64,000 nucleotides of DNA, taken from contig CAMBXL010000006.1 in assembly GCA_945871905.1 (NCBI GenBank), positions 34,033-98,032 on the forward strand, in the 5' to 3' direction. The notes below the pieces were generated by a model. The model searched no databases. It was not told the origin of the DNA and saw only the letters and a list, made by a program, of their open reading frames with translations. The DNA is from Chitinophaga pinensis. GTDB lineage: Bacteria; Bacteroidota; Bacteroidia; NS11-12g; UBA955. Of this stretch, positions 10,378 through 20,019 are shown piece by piece. Both the position numbers and the translations under genes were made by a program. The number at the start of each line of letters is the position of its first letter. Position 1 is the stretch's first letter.

Positions 10378-11564
10378 AAAATTTCTTCAATTTCAAATTG
10401 TATTGTATTTTCTGCTTTTTTTGCTATTTCAAGAGCAGTTTCTCTGTCAATTCCTTTACTAACAATATACCCAGCTCTCTCTAGAGAATTTTTTAAATCA
10501 CCTACCACTTCTCCCTCTTTTTTTAAAATTCCAATATCAAGTATACCATTCCATTTTTTTACGTCTTCTAAACCTATAACTTTTTTTAAAATTCCATATC
10601 TTGGATTGAAAAATCTATACGTTGCTCCCTTTTTCTCTATTAAATTTAATTCTATTTTATCTCCCGTTAACAATTTTGCAACAGTTAAAGGTGCATTGAT
10701 TCCACTCACAGCTTCTATAATGGTATGAAAAATGTGGCCTCCACCTCCTCTTGCTCCCATTTCTACCATCACTATTTCCATGTTGTTTATTATCACTTCT
10801 GTGTGAGCCATTCCGGTATGTATGCCCAATGATTTAACTGCTTTTTTAACCGTTTCTTGTACTAAGGCTTCCTGTTTCTTGTCTAATTTTGCATGGTAAT
10901 TAAGGGAAGTTGCAACACGGGTTCTTAGGTCTGGTTTTTCCTTGTCACTCATTGCTAATACATAAACTTCACCTTCAATACTTATAGTCTCTATAGTGAG
11001 TTCAATCCCATCCACAAAACTTTCACAAATAAACCTGTTATTTCTAACATATGGTTTAGCAAATTCATATGCCCATTGTAAATCCTCCTTTGATTTTAGT
11101 ACAGAAATTCCTCTTCCTGATCCTCCACTATCTGTGGGTTTAATAACACATGGATATCTCACTGCCTGAACATTTTCTTCTAATTCTTTTATAGAAGAAA
11201 ATATAAAATACTTGGGATTAGGGATACCGTTTTTGGCCCAAGTATCTCTCATTATTCCTTTATCTGTAGCTGAAATTGCAGCTTCTTCTGAAATTCCTTT
11301 TAAACCTAATTGCTCTGAGACAAAAGCGGCACTTACTGTTCCCCAATCATTAATTGGCATAATAGCATCTACAGGGTTTGATTTTAGGTAGTCAAATAAA
11401 ATATTTTTATCAGAAAAATTCAGATTTACAAACTCATCGGCATATTCTGCTGCAGGGGCTTCATTATTGCCATCAATTGCAATAGTATAAAATCCACCTT
11501 CTTTGAGTTTTTTATACACATTAATATTGTAAAAACCTGCACCTAAAACCGCTATTTTTTTCAT
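10374..11564 (-). CDS. ATP-grasp domain ligase
   Basis: LGAG, DKGIMR, VIKPTDSGGSGRG, ESFVDGIE, EMGARGGG. Confidence 0.85.
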   Translation of the reverse strand: MKKIAVLGAGFYNINVYKKLKEGGFYTIAIDGNNEAPAAEYADEFVNLNFSDKNILFDYLKSNPVDAIMPINDWGTVSAAFVSEQLGLKGISEEAAISATDKGIMRDTWAKNGIPNPKYFIFSSIKELEENVQAVRYPCVIKPTDSGGSGRGISVLKSKEDLQWAYEFAKPYVRNNRFICESFVDGIELTIETISIEGEVYVLAMSDKEKPDLRTRVATSLNYHAKLDKKQEALVQETVKKAVKSLGIHTGMAHTEVIINNMEIVMVEMGARGGGGHIFHTIIEAVSGINAPLTVAKLLTGDKIELNLIEKKGATYRFFNPRYGILKKVIGLEDVKKWNGILDIGILKKEGEVVGDLKNSLERAGYIVSKGIDRETALEIAKKAENTIQFEIEEIL

Positions 11565-12250
11565 GCTAAAGGGTTTTCTTCTGGTTTAAATTTATTGCTT
11601 TCCGGGTCTTGCAAATATTTTTTAAGACATACCGTATCGTAAGTACTCCATTTTCTTCTGTCGACACAATCGAACCAAATATCTTCCTGTTCTTCTATCC
11701 AATCCAATTTATTTAAAAATTCTTCATTGTGTAATTCTTTTGGAATAATCACTACCCCACTATCATCGCAAACTGCAATGGTATCGTCATATTTTGCTCT
11801 TCTTTCCTCAATAATACTATTATCTAAATCTATTTCACTTGGCTTATTGAAACAACCTATTGGAGTTATCCCTTTTAACCAAATGGGATAATTTTCTTTA
11901 ATTAAATGTGGAATATCTCTTAACTTGCCTAGAACGATTAATGCTTCCGATTGACTGTAAAGCATTAAATACTTAGTCACTAAGTCTCCAAATATGGCTC
12001 TTTCGCCACAGTTAAAGGGCTCTGTAATAATAATTAAACCGCTTTCAATATCGGCAATTTGTCTGTGGTGTTCCCAATTGCTTTCATTGAGGGCATACGT
12101 CCATTTCACTCTTCCAACTTTAAAATGTTGTCTATTTAAAGGGTATAGACCATAATCTAAATTGCCTGTTTTATTCATACAATCAGCTACTTCAGTCGCA
12201 CTGATTCTATTTTTTTTTATTTTTTGGATGATTTGATCAGTAATATTCAT
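11561..12250 (-). CDS. RraA/HMG-aldolase-like protein
   Basis: ATEVADC, AIFGDL, GKLRDI, VCDDSGVVIIP motifs. Confidence 0.8.
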   Translation of the reverse strand: MNITDQIIQKIKKNRISATEVADCMNKTGNLDYGLYPLNRQHFKVGRVKWTYALNESNWEHHRQIADIESGLIIITEPFNCGERAIFGDLVTKYLMLYSQSEALIVLGKLRDIPHLIKENYPIWLKGITPIGCFNKPSEIDLDNSIIEERRAKYDDTIAVCDDSGVVIIPKELHNEEFLNKLDWIEEQEDIWFDCVDRRKWSTYDTVCLKKYLQDPESNKFKPEENPLA

Positions 12251-12260
12251 AATATTATAA

Positions 12261-13211
12261 TTAATATAAAACTTTAAATGCTTCTGCAGTTTTCAAAACA
12301 CCTTCTTCTAAATCTACTTTTGCTTTAAATCCTAAAATATCGTTGGCTTTGTCAACACTTGGTATTCTTAATGCTATATCTGCGGAAAGTGGTGGTCTGA
12401 ATTCAATTTTTGAACTTGAGTTCAGCACTCTACAAACTGTTTGTGCTAATCCTAATATGGTGATTACTGCCCTTGCATTACCAATATTAAAACTTTGACC
12501 TATGGCATTTGGATTTTCTAAACAACGGAACAAGCAATCCACAAAATCATCAACATAACACCAAGCTCTAATTTGATTGCCATCCCCATCTATATATATA
12601 GTTTCTCCTGCCAATGCTTTTTTTATAAATATTTGAATTGCTCCTTCACCAGTTTGCCCAGGACCATAGACATTAAATGGTCTAACAGTTACAATTGGCA
12701 ATTTGTATTTTTCGTAGTAAGCGTGTGATAAATGTTCTCCAGCTAACTTACTTACCGCATAAGTCCATCTAGCCTCTCCAGTAGTTCCTGCTACAGTTTG
12801 ATCTGTTTCAGAAGAACGAAATGCCATAGAACCAAACACCTCTGATGTTGAAAAGTCAATTAATCTTTCAATTCCGCCTGCTTGATAGGCCGCTTCTAAT
12901 AAATTAGCGGTGCCAATCATGTTTACCCTCATGGTTTTAACTGGATCTTTAATAACCGTATCTATTCCTGCAATTCCTGCAGCATGAACAATAATATTGT
13001 TACCTTTAATAGATTTTTCTAACAATGGGTAATCTAATACATCCCCTTTAATTATTTTTAAATTAGGATGGTCTGACAATCCACTACTTGTCAGCGTGTC
13101 TCTGTGAAAATTATCATAAACAACTATTTTATTGTCATGAATAAGCGTTTTGATTAAGGTGTTGGCAATAAAACCAGCTCCTCCGGTGATAAAGATATTT
13201 TTATTTTTCAT
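12261..13211 (-). CDS. NAD-dependent nucleotide-sugar epimerase/dehydratase (extended SDR)
   Basis: [28 protein letters not shown]. Confidence 0.92.
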   Translation of the reverse strand: MKNKNIFITGGAGFIANTLIKTLIHDNKIVVYDNFHRDTLTSSGLSDHPNLKIIKGDVLDYPLLEKSIKGNNIIVHAAGIAGIDTVIKDPVKTMRVNMIGTANLLEAAYQAGGIERLIDFSTSEVFGSMAFRSSETDQTVAGTTGEARWTYAVSKLAGEHLSHAYYEKYKLPIVTVRPFNVYGPGQTGEGAIQIFIKKALAGETIYIDGDGNQIRAWCYVDDFVDCLFRCLENPNAIGQSFNIGNARAVITILGLAQTVCRVLNSSSKIEFRPPLSADIALRIPSVDKANDILGFKAKVDLEEGVLKTAEAFKVLY

Positions 13212-13222
13212 TTTTATACTAT

Positions 13223-14323
13223 TTATAATTGATTGATTGCTGAGATTACTTTATTTATCTCCTCTTGTTGCATTTGAGGAAATAATGGAATGACCAAACC
13301 TTGGTCAAATGCTTTTAATGCATTTGGAAAGTCTGTTTTAGAATTATATCCATATTTATTTTTGTAATAAATCACTTCAGGGATACATTGTGCCCCATAG
13401 TTAGCGCCCACTCCTAATAACTTCAATTTTTCTATTGCCTCATTCTGAGTGATACCTTCTAGCAAAAGATGAAAAGATTGTAAACTATGAGTATAACCTT
13501 GAGGTATATGAGGTAATATTACTTTAGAATTTTTTATTTCTGAAAAATAATGCGCTGCAATTTCATTTTTTTTACTTAAAATTTCTTCAAATCTATTAAA
13601 CTGTGAAGCTACTAATGCAGCTTGAAAATCTGTCATTCTGTAATTAAAACCGGCTTCTACAAATCCTGTTTTTCCTTTGGTTACATCAACCCCATGGTTT
13701 CTAAGAATTCTGCATTTATAAGCAAATTCTTCATCATTCGTTGATATTAATCCCCCTTCGCCAGAGGTTATGGCTTTGCGAGGGTGTAAAGAAAAAGAGG
13801 CGCTTTGACCAAATGAACCTGTTTTTTTATTTTCGATACTAGCACCCAAAGCGCAAGCGGCATCTTCTAAAAAAAAGAGATTATGTTTTTTGCAAATATT
13901 GTTAATTTCTTTCGCATTTGCCGCAAGTCCAAACTCATGAACGGCCAATATGGCTTTAGTTCTTGGGGTTATTTTTTGTTCGATTAATTTAGTGTCAATG
14001 TTGAATGTATTGATATCTATATCTACAAAAACTGGAGTAGCTCCCACTAATTCTACAACATTGGCAGTAGCCACATACGAAAAAGCTGGAACTATCACCT
14101 CATCACCTGGGCCTATCCCTAATACTTTGAGCATAATATGCATGGTGGCAGTACCATTTGAAACCGCAATAACTTGTTTAACGTTTAAATAATCGGCAAC
14201 AGCTATTTCTAGTTTTTCAACTTCTTGACCTTGAACTAGCATGCCAGTTTTAAGTACATCAGAAACGGCATTGATATCCTCATCAATCAGCCAAGGTTTT
14301 GTAATTGGGATAAAATTTGACAT
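13223..14323 (-). CDS. DegT/DnrJ/EryC1/StrS sugar aminotransferase
   Basis: [35 protein letters not shown]; likely start MSNFIP at 14323 in a TAATG overlap with the wzt stop. Confidence 0.92.
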   Translation of the reverse strand: MSNFIPITKPWLIDEDINAVSDVLKTGMLVQGQEVEKLEIAVADYLNVKQVIAVSNGTATMHIMLKVLGIGPGDEVIVPAFSYVATANVVELVGATPVFVDIDINTFNIDTKLIEQKITPRTKAILAVHEFGLAANAKEINNICKKHNLFFLEDAACALGASIENKKTGSFGQSASFSLHPRKAITSGEGGLISTNDEEFAYKCRILRNHGVDVTKGKTGFVEAGFNYRMTDFQAALVASQFNRFEEILSKKNEIAAHYFSEIKNSKVILPHIPQGYTHSLQSFHLLLEGITQNEAIEKLKLLGVGANYGAQCIPEVIYYKNKYGYNSKTDFPNALKAFDQGLVIPLFPQMQQEEINKVISAINQL

Positions 14324-15594
14324 TATTTCAATTTTAAAATATCTACTTTTGCAGGAGCAAGATTCCATTCCCATGGATAGCTCTCTGTTGCTATTTTTGC
14401 TGCTTTGATTACTTCAAAAGCCAAAATATTTTCATGCATATCGATTGTAAGTGAAGTCGCCGTATTGTGAATACCCGGTGTAATCATAAAATTTCCTGGT
14501 AATAAATTATTCTCGAGTTCAAGTTCTATAACATTTTCACCTATATGAAGTGAAAAAGGAATGTTTTGATATTGGTTAAGTGCATGAAAAAGTATAGTGC
14601 CATTATTATCACTTATCTTTATATCAATTGATGCTGTTGGGACAGAAATGCTTGATTCTACATAAATTTTTATTCTAATTGGCTCCTTATAAAGTGTAGT
14701 TTCCGATATATTACCCTCATGATTAATCATTTCGATTTTTTTGATTAATGCTTCACCTGAACCAAAGCCTTTTTTATGTAACTCAATTTTTCCTGTTTGA
14801 TCTCCTGATTGATTTATTCTAAGATACCTGTTAACTGTTTCATCTATATTACCATCATATGTCAAAGTTCCATTCTCTAATAGTAAACCTCTGTTACAAA
14901 GCGTTTTTACCGCTCCCATATTATGACTCACAAACAACACTGTTCTTCCTTCCCCACTTACCGATTTCATTTTACCAAGGCACTTTTTTTGAAACTCAGC
15001 ATCCCCTACCGCCAAAACTTCATCCACCACCAAAATCTCAGGTTCTAAATGTGCGGCTACAGCAAAACCTAATCTGACGTGCATGCCCGAAGAATATCTT
15101 TTAACGGGGGTGTCTATATACCTTTCTACCCCAGAAAAATCGACTATTTCATCAAATTTAGATTTTATTTCAGCCTTACTCATCCCCATTATCGCCCCAT
15201 TTAAAAATACATTTTCGCGACCTGTTAACTCCGGATGAAACCCTGTACCAACTTCAAGTAAACTTGCCATCCTTCCATGTATAGAAATCTTACCAGTTGA
15301 AGGTATTGTTACTCTAGATAATATTTTTAGAAGCGTACTTTTGCCTGCTCCATTTTTTCCAATAATCCCCAAGACTTCTCCTTGTTTAACATCAAAATTT
15401 ATATCTTTCAATGCCCACACATATTCTGATGACCCTTTTTTTGAACGGTCATTCGTTTCTCCAATTTTCGCAAATGGATCTTCTTTTCCTTGTAAATTAT
15501 AAAGCCACCGTTTAAAGTCAGCTGCCATCGTTTTACTCCCTACTTGACCCAAGCGGTATTGTTTGGATATATTTTCTAATGTGATTGCATTCAT
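14323..15594 (-). CDS. wzt: Polysaccharide ABC exporter ATP-binding subunit with C-terminal Wzt_C-like domain
   Basis: GKNGAGKST, YSSGM, VDEVLAVGD, VSH; about 170 aa C-terminal extension. Confidence 0.93.
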   Translation of the reverse strand: MNAITLENISKQYRLGQVGSKTMAADFKRWLYNLQGKEDPFAKIGETNDRSKKGSSEYVWALKDINFDVKQGEVLGIIGKNGAGKSTLLKILSRVTIPSTGKISIHGRMASLLEVGTGFHPELTGRENVFLNGAIMGMSKAEIKSKFDEIVDFSGVERYIDTPVKRYSSGMHVRLGFAVAAHLEPEILVVDEVLAVGDAEFQKKCLGKMKSVSGEGRTVLFVSHNMGAVKTLCNRGLLLENGTLTYDGNIDETVNRYLRINQSGDQTGKIELHKKGFGSGEALIKKIEMINHEGNISETTLYKEPIRIKIYVESSISVPTASIDIKISDNNGTILFHALNQYQNIPFSLHIGENVIELELENNLLPGNFMITPGIHNTATSLTIDMHENILAFEVIKAAKIATESYPWEWNLAPAKVDILKLK

Positions 15595-15601
15595 TAACCT
15601 T

Positions 15602-16492
15602 TTATTTAACCTTATAAATTACACTAAGTGTAGGAAGAAGATTTTGCATGTTAGTACCTAATATTTTTCCTATTAAAGAGATAAATCTTTTTTTATTCGG
15701 CAATTTATTAATATCATAGTCTATAACTCTATTGCCCATATAGTCAAAAGGTGCTTGTGTCGATAAATAGTTCTCCATATTCCTAAAAGCATAATAATTT
15801 GTTATCAATTCAAATCTTTTCAAATGTTTTTTCAAAAATCTTAAGGAAACCGGTTGTGAAATACCTGACCAAGAACATTTAACCCACCCTTTTTTAATTA
15901 TTATTTCTCGAATTCTTATGGGCAGATAATGAAAAAACAATTTCCCTGTATCATGTCCATCTATAGGAAAAGTATAGTTAGGAGCATTAAAATAACAAAG
16001 TTTATTTATGTTTTCATTAATCGATTTAAGAAAAACTCTCTGACAATCTCTCGATGCAATACTATAATTCCCAGTATTTGACAAATGTTCAATTGTCTGA
16101 TATGAAATTATCACATCGAAATTATGATTAAAATTCATTGCAGAATCACACATTTCATTTACTATAATATCTTTCCCTAAAAAAAACTTTACAATTTTAA
16201 TTCCAAAATCTAATCTATCTCTATCTAAATCAAATAGTGTTATATTTCTATACCCTAAAAGATACAAAGCTAGTGACATTTGTCCGTCACCAGAAGCTAA
16301 ATCAATAATTCTATCTTCTATTTGCATTCCATTATCAATTAATGGAACAATTACCGCTTGTTTAAAATATATTGTTTTTTTGAAATATCTGATATAATCA
16401 TCAGTGCTTTCAAAGAAACCAATAGGGAAATTCTCATATTCAGGTAATTCTAAACCAAAATAATTTTTAAAAGTATTTTTTAATAAATCCAT
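15602..16492 (-). CDS. Class I SAM-dependent methyltransferase
   Basis: IIDLASGDG motif I, FDLD, YQTIEHL, APN..FPIDGH. Confidence 0.8.
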   Translation of the reverse strand: MDLLKNTFKNYFGLELPEYENFPIGFFESTDDYIRYFKKTIYFKQAVIVPLIDNGMQIEDRIIDLASGDGQMSLALYLLGYRNITLFDLDRDRLDFGIKIVKFFLGKDIIVNEMCDSAMNFNHNFDVIISYQTIEHLSNTGNYSIASRDCQRVFLKSINENINKLCYFNAPNYTFPIDGHDTGKLFFHYLPIRIREIIIKKGWVKCSWSGISQPVSLRFLKKHLKRFELITNYYAFRNMENYLSTQAPFDYMGNRVIDYDINKLPNKKRFISLIGKILGTNMQNLLPTLSVIYKVK

Positions 16493-16501
16493 AATTTCTA
16501 A

Positions 16502-17335
16502 CTAAACCGTATCCATAAAACTTTTTTCAACCTTGTGGAAGGTTACGATACCCACAAAGAGTAAAACAAACATATAGGTGGCACTGATTGCCAAGTTACT
16601 TATACTGAAAACACCCTCGCCCAAAAAACCGTATTTAATGGCTTCAATAATGGAACTCATTGGGTTCAATACATTTAACCAAAAACGCAAGTCTTCGGAT
16701 AAAATACTAAATGGATAAATGATAGGTGATGCATACATGAGCAACTGAACCCCAAAACCAACCAAAAATGTAAAGTCACGGTATTTGGTGGTTAGTGAAC
16801 TAATTAAAATACCAAAACCTAAGCCCAAACCGGCCATCATCATTACAAATATGGGCAACAGAACTACTGTCCAATTGGGTTGAATAGCACCAGTCCACCA
16901 GTAGTAAAAAAAGACAACTAAAAATAAAATAAACTGAATGCCAAACTTAATTAGGTTGGAAATAACAACCGACAAAGGCGTTATTAATCTTGGAAAATAA
17001 ACCTTACCAAACATGCCTGCATTACTTACAAAGGTGTTGCTAGTGGCTGTAAGGCAACTGGCAAAATAATTCCAAAAAGTTAAACCACTAAGATAAAATA
17101 GCAAAGGTGGTATGCCATCCGTTGAAATTTTGGCAAAATTGCCGAATATAAAGGTAAAAGTAACGGTGGTAAGAATAGGTTGAATAAAGAACCAAATAGG
17201 ACCTAAAACTGTTTGCTTATAAACCGCCACAAAATCTCTACGCACAAAAAGCATCAACAAATCACGGTATTGCCAAATAGCCTTGAAGTCTATGTCGTAC
17301 CATTTGTTTTGGGGTTTTATTTCGGTGGTGTACAT
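16502..17335 (-). CDS. wzm: Polysaccharide ABC exporter permease
   Basis: RRDFVAVYKQTVLGPIW, KVYFPR, YRD, NPMS. Confidence 0.93.
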   Translation of the reverse strand: MYTTEIKPQNKWYDIDFKAIWQYRDLLMLFVRRDFVAVYKQTVLGPIWFFIQPILTTVTFTFIFGNFAKISTDGIPPLLFYLSGLTFWNYFASCLTATSNTFVSNAGMFGKVYFPRLITPLSVVISNLIKFGIQFILFLVVFFYYWWTGAIQPNWTVVLLPIFVMMMAGLGLGFGILISSLTTKYRDFTFLVGFGVQLLMYASPIIYPFSILSEDLRFWLNVLNPMSSIIEAIKYGFLGEGVFSISNLAISATYMFVLLFVGIVTFHKVEKSFMDTV

Positions 17336-17344
17336 GGGGGGAAT

Positions 17345-17850
17345 GGTTATTGGTTAAGGGTTAATAGTTATTGGGTTTTGTAACCCACTAGTTTGAGCCT
17401 ATTCACGTGATGGAGTTTATACTGAGCTAGTTTACGCTGAGTCTATCAAAGGGAAGTAAAAGGTGGCATTCTAAATTGAAAAAGTCTCGATGACTATGGT
17501 TCGAGTGCCTCACCATGACATTCGAGAGTTTCTTATCGTTCAGAGTGGTTGTTTATGTGTTTATTGTTTCTCCTCGCGCTCTGCAGTTACTTATGTTCAC
17601 TCACTCTGCACACTCCCGAATGACTCGGGAATATTCTCCCATGCTCAAAGAGCATCTCTTTGCCCTCTTCTCCCAGCCCTCTCTGTGTTCTCCCGAATGA
17701 CTCGGGAGTGCTTTCTCAGTGCTCTCCGTGGTTAAATTCCAACTGTGTCTATGCTCGAAGAGCATCTCTGTGCGCTCTTTCTATATACTCTTTGCGCTCT
17801 CCCGAATGACTCGGGAGTGCTTTCTCTGCGTTCTCTGTGGTTAATTTCCT
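17345..17850 (-). repeat. Composite intergenic repeat cluster 1 (two A units, TCCCGAATGACTCGGGA x3, E module, heptamer run)
   Basis: Reverse-complement matches to 24849-25560 and 30565-31175; 17377-17428 matches 30980-31031 at 48/52. Confidence 0.9.
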
Positions 17851-17875
17851 CTCCTTGATATTACCCGTATTCTTC

Positions 17876-18385
17876 TCAAATCAACTTCAATTGCTTATAC
17901 GAGATATTAATTTTCATGCTTCCTTGTAAATTCTCAAAATGAACATATACAAATTCAGGATTTATTAACTGATAAACTTCGCCTTCCGTTCCTTTTAAAG
18001 GGCCACTTATCACCATTACTTTTCTGCCCTCTGATAATTGTTTGGAGTCAACTTCACTCAATTCTACACTATAACCGTGCTGTACTAAGGATTTTATAAT
18101 ATCAATTTCATATTGGTAAACAATTGCAGGCCTTCCATTGAATAATAAATAGGATACAAAACTGTCATAAGTTTTCAGTGAATCTATGTTGATTGTTGAT
18201 TCTTTGACAAACACATACGAATTAAACAAAGGTTTTTCTATAGTCTGTTTCCGATCTTTTCTTGTTGATACTGACTTTACTAATGGTAAATACACTTCGC
18301 TACCCATTACAGTTAGTTTATCGGCTAACCTTTTTTCATGTCTCGACTTGGTGTATATAACATACCATTTTTCTTTGTTTTTCAT
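17876..18385 (-). CDS. upxY: UpxY-family (NusG paralog) transcription antiterminator
   Basis: WYVIYTKSRHEK, PLFNSYVFV (NGN) and VISGPLKGTEG (KOW); heads the polysaccharide operon; ATG at 18385 preferred to TTG at 18391. Confidence 0.9.
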   Translation of the reverse strand: MKNKEKWYVIYTKSRHEKRLADKLTVMGSEVYLPLVKSVSTRKDRKQTIEKPLFNSYVFVKESTINIDSLKTYDSFVSYLLFNGRPAIVYQYEIDIIKSLVQHGYSVELSEVDSKQLSEGRKVMVISGPLKGTEGEVYQLINPEFVYVHFENLQGSMKINISYKQLKLI

Positions 18386-18388
18386 ATT

Positions 18389-18425
18389 CAAAGCACCGCC
18401 CCCTCAGTTACATTATCTGTCTGAG
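18389..18425 (-). promoter_or_regulatory. ops-like pause element with upstream hairpin
   Basis: Minus strand CTCAGACAGATAATGTAACTGAG-GG-GGCGGTGCTTTG directly before upxY; 8/12 match to enterobacterial ops GGCGGTAGCGTG. Confidence 0.5.
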
Positions 18426-18524
18426 TATGGTCTATTAAAATCTACTGATACCAATGGTTTCAGTAATTATTTATTTATTTCTTAAAATAGTTAAACAATT
18501 AACTTTTTTAAGTGTTTTTTTTAT

Positions 18525-19055
18525 TTACTTCTCCCACAATAATAAATAAGAATTCTTTTCATTATTGATTAACTTATCAACTTGTTTTGCCTCACTGTAC
18601 ACTTGATAATTAATGGTTTTCTCAATTTTTTTCTTGATTTTCAAACACAATTCATCCATAAAAACCACATCAATTTCTCCAACAATAAGCAAATCTATGG
18701 TTTCGCTGTTTAATCCTCTTGCAAATGAGCCACTTAAATACACTTTTTTAACATCTCCCAAACGTTTAACTAAATATTCAACTATCCAATCAATGCCTGT
18801 ATACTTTAAAATAATGCTGCTTATATCGTTAAATAAAGGATGCTGCTTGTTTGCTTGATAGATTTTTTTGTTGCCTTCAAACTGTGAATTAAGCATGCCT
18901 GCTTCTTCTAATTTGTTTAACTCTAACCTTATGGCATTGGTACTTTCTCCAAACTCCGATTCCAAATGCCTTAAATAAGACTTTGTCTCACTGTTTAAAA
19001 AGAATTTTAAAAGCAGTTTGATGCGTGTTTTGGAAGAAATTAAGGATTCTATCAT
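18525..19055 (-). CDS. Winged-helix (ArsR-like) regulator with C-terminal minimal nucleotidyltransferase-like domain
   Basis: SKTRIKLL...YLRHLESEFGESTNAIRLELNKLEEAGML; YLSGSFARG...TIDLLIVG. Confidence 0.8.
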   Translation of the reverse strand: MIESLISSKTRIKLLLKFFLNSETKSYLRHLESEFGESTNAIRLELNKLEEAGMLNSQFEGNKKIYQANKQHPLFNDISSIILKYTGIDWIVEYLVKRLGDVKKVYLSGSFARGLNSETIDLLIVGEIDVVFMDELCLKIKKKIEKTINYQVYSEAKQVDKLINNEKNSYLLLWEK

Positions 19056-19058
19056 CTG

Positions 19059-19083
19059 AATTGAGTAGCAAAACTACTCAATT
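19059..19083 (-). promoter_or_regulatory. Perfect 10-bp inverted repeat (operator) overlapping a -7 promoter box
   Basis: AATTGAGTAG-CAAAA-CTACTCAATT; minus-strand TAGTTTTG (TAnnTTTG) at 19069-19076; 3 nt from the ATG. Confidence 0.75.
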
Positions 19084-19297
19084 ATTTGGTGTTATGCAAG
19101 TGCTATTTAACTGTAATGTGTTATTTTTAAGTTAATAGCTTTATTCCCAATTTCGACTCTCCTTTGCGAGTCATTATATTCTCTGTATTGCTTATTAATC
19201 GCAATCTCAAGTGCTAAGTGCAGCTTTAAAGAATCTACTTTGTTTTAAAAGAAAGTCACACCCTTTTTTGAATACTTAACAGGCACAATAAAACAGT

Positions 19298-20017
19298 TTA
19301 ACTGTTCCACAAATTGTATTTCAAAATACAGTAAATCGCCCTGAAACCATCTTTCCATCCTATTTTTTTGCCTTCTTCATAGGTTCTGCCGTAATACGAA
19401 ATTCCAACTTCATAAATTCTTATCCTTGGAATGCGTGCTATTTTTGCTGTTACCTCTGGCTCAAAACCAAATCGATTTTCTTTAAACTGAATCGACTTAA
19501 TAATTTCTGACCTAAATACTTTGTAACAAGTTTCCATGTCTGTTAGGTTTAAATTGGTAAACATATTGGACATGAATGTCAATATTTTGTTGCCTATAGA
19601 ATGCCAAAAAAACAAAATACGATGCGGATTACCCCCCATAAAACGACTACCATAAACCACATCGGCTACACCATCCTCCAATGGCTTTAACAAAATATTA
19701 TACTCGTTTGGATCATATTCCAAATCGGCATCTTGAATAATGATATAATCCCCCTGTGCTTGTTCTATCCCCTTGTGAATTGCTGCACCCTTTCCCTGAT
19801 TAACAGCTTGCTTGTATAACTGAATGTCTAAATGTGGATTTTCAGCTTTGTACTTTTCTATCGTTTCTTGGGTTTGGTCCGTTGAACAGTCATTAACAAT
19901 CACTATCTCTTTCTGAATATTGTTCAATAAATTAACCTGCTGAACTTTGTTCAATATTAAATGTATGGTGGCTGCTTCATTGTAAGCAGGAATGATAATG
20001 GATAACTTTTTTGACAT
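19298..20017 (-). CDS. GT2 glycosyltransferase (polyprenol-phosphate sugar synthase-like)
   Basis: [34 protein letters not shown]. Confidence 0.92.
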   Translation of the reverse strand: MSKKLSIIIPAYNEAATIHLILNKVQQVNLLNNIQKEIVIVNDCSTDQTQETIEKYKAENPHLDIQLYKQAVNQGKGAAIHKGIEQAQGDYIIIQDADLEYDPNEYNILLKPLEDGVADVVYGSRFMGGNPHRILFFWHSIGNKILTFMSNMFTNLNLTDMETCYKVFRSEIIKSIQFKENRFGFEPEVTAKIARIPRIRIYEVGISYYGRTYEEGKKIGWKDGFRAIYCILKYNLWNS

Positions 20018-20019
20018 GT

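Noticed and set aside
17401-17412. parS-like TCACGTGA in the E module (also about 30998) and CGTGAAACA half-sites in C modules
   Set aside because: The flanks do not match the 16-bp parS palindrome; only core or half matches inside repeats
17497-17520. tRNA 3' end or attB-like remnant (GGTTCGAGTGCCTCACCA)
   Set aside because: The T-arm to CCA spacing is too short and there is no cloverleaf; it fits the D-type hairpin repeat TGGTTCGAGTGCCTCACCATGAC
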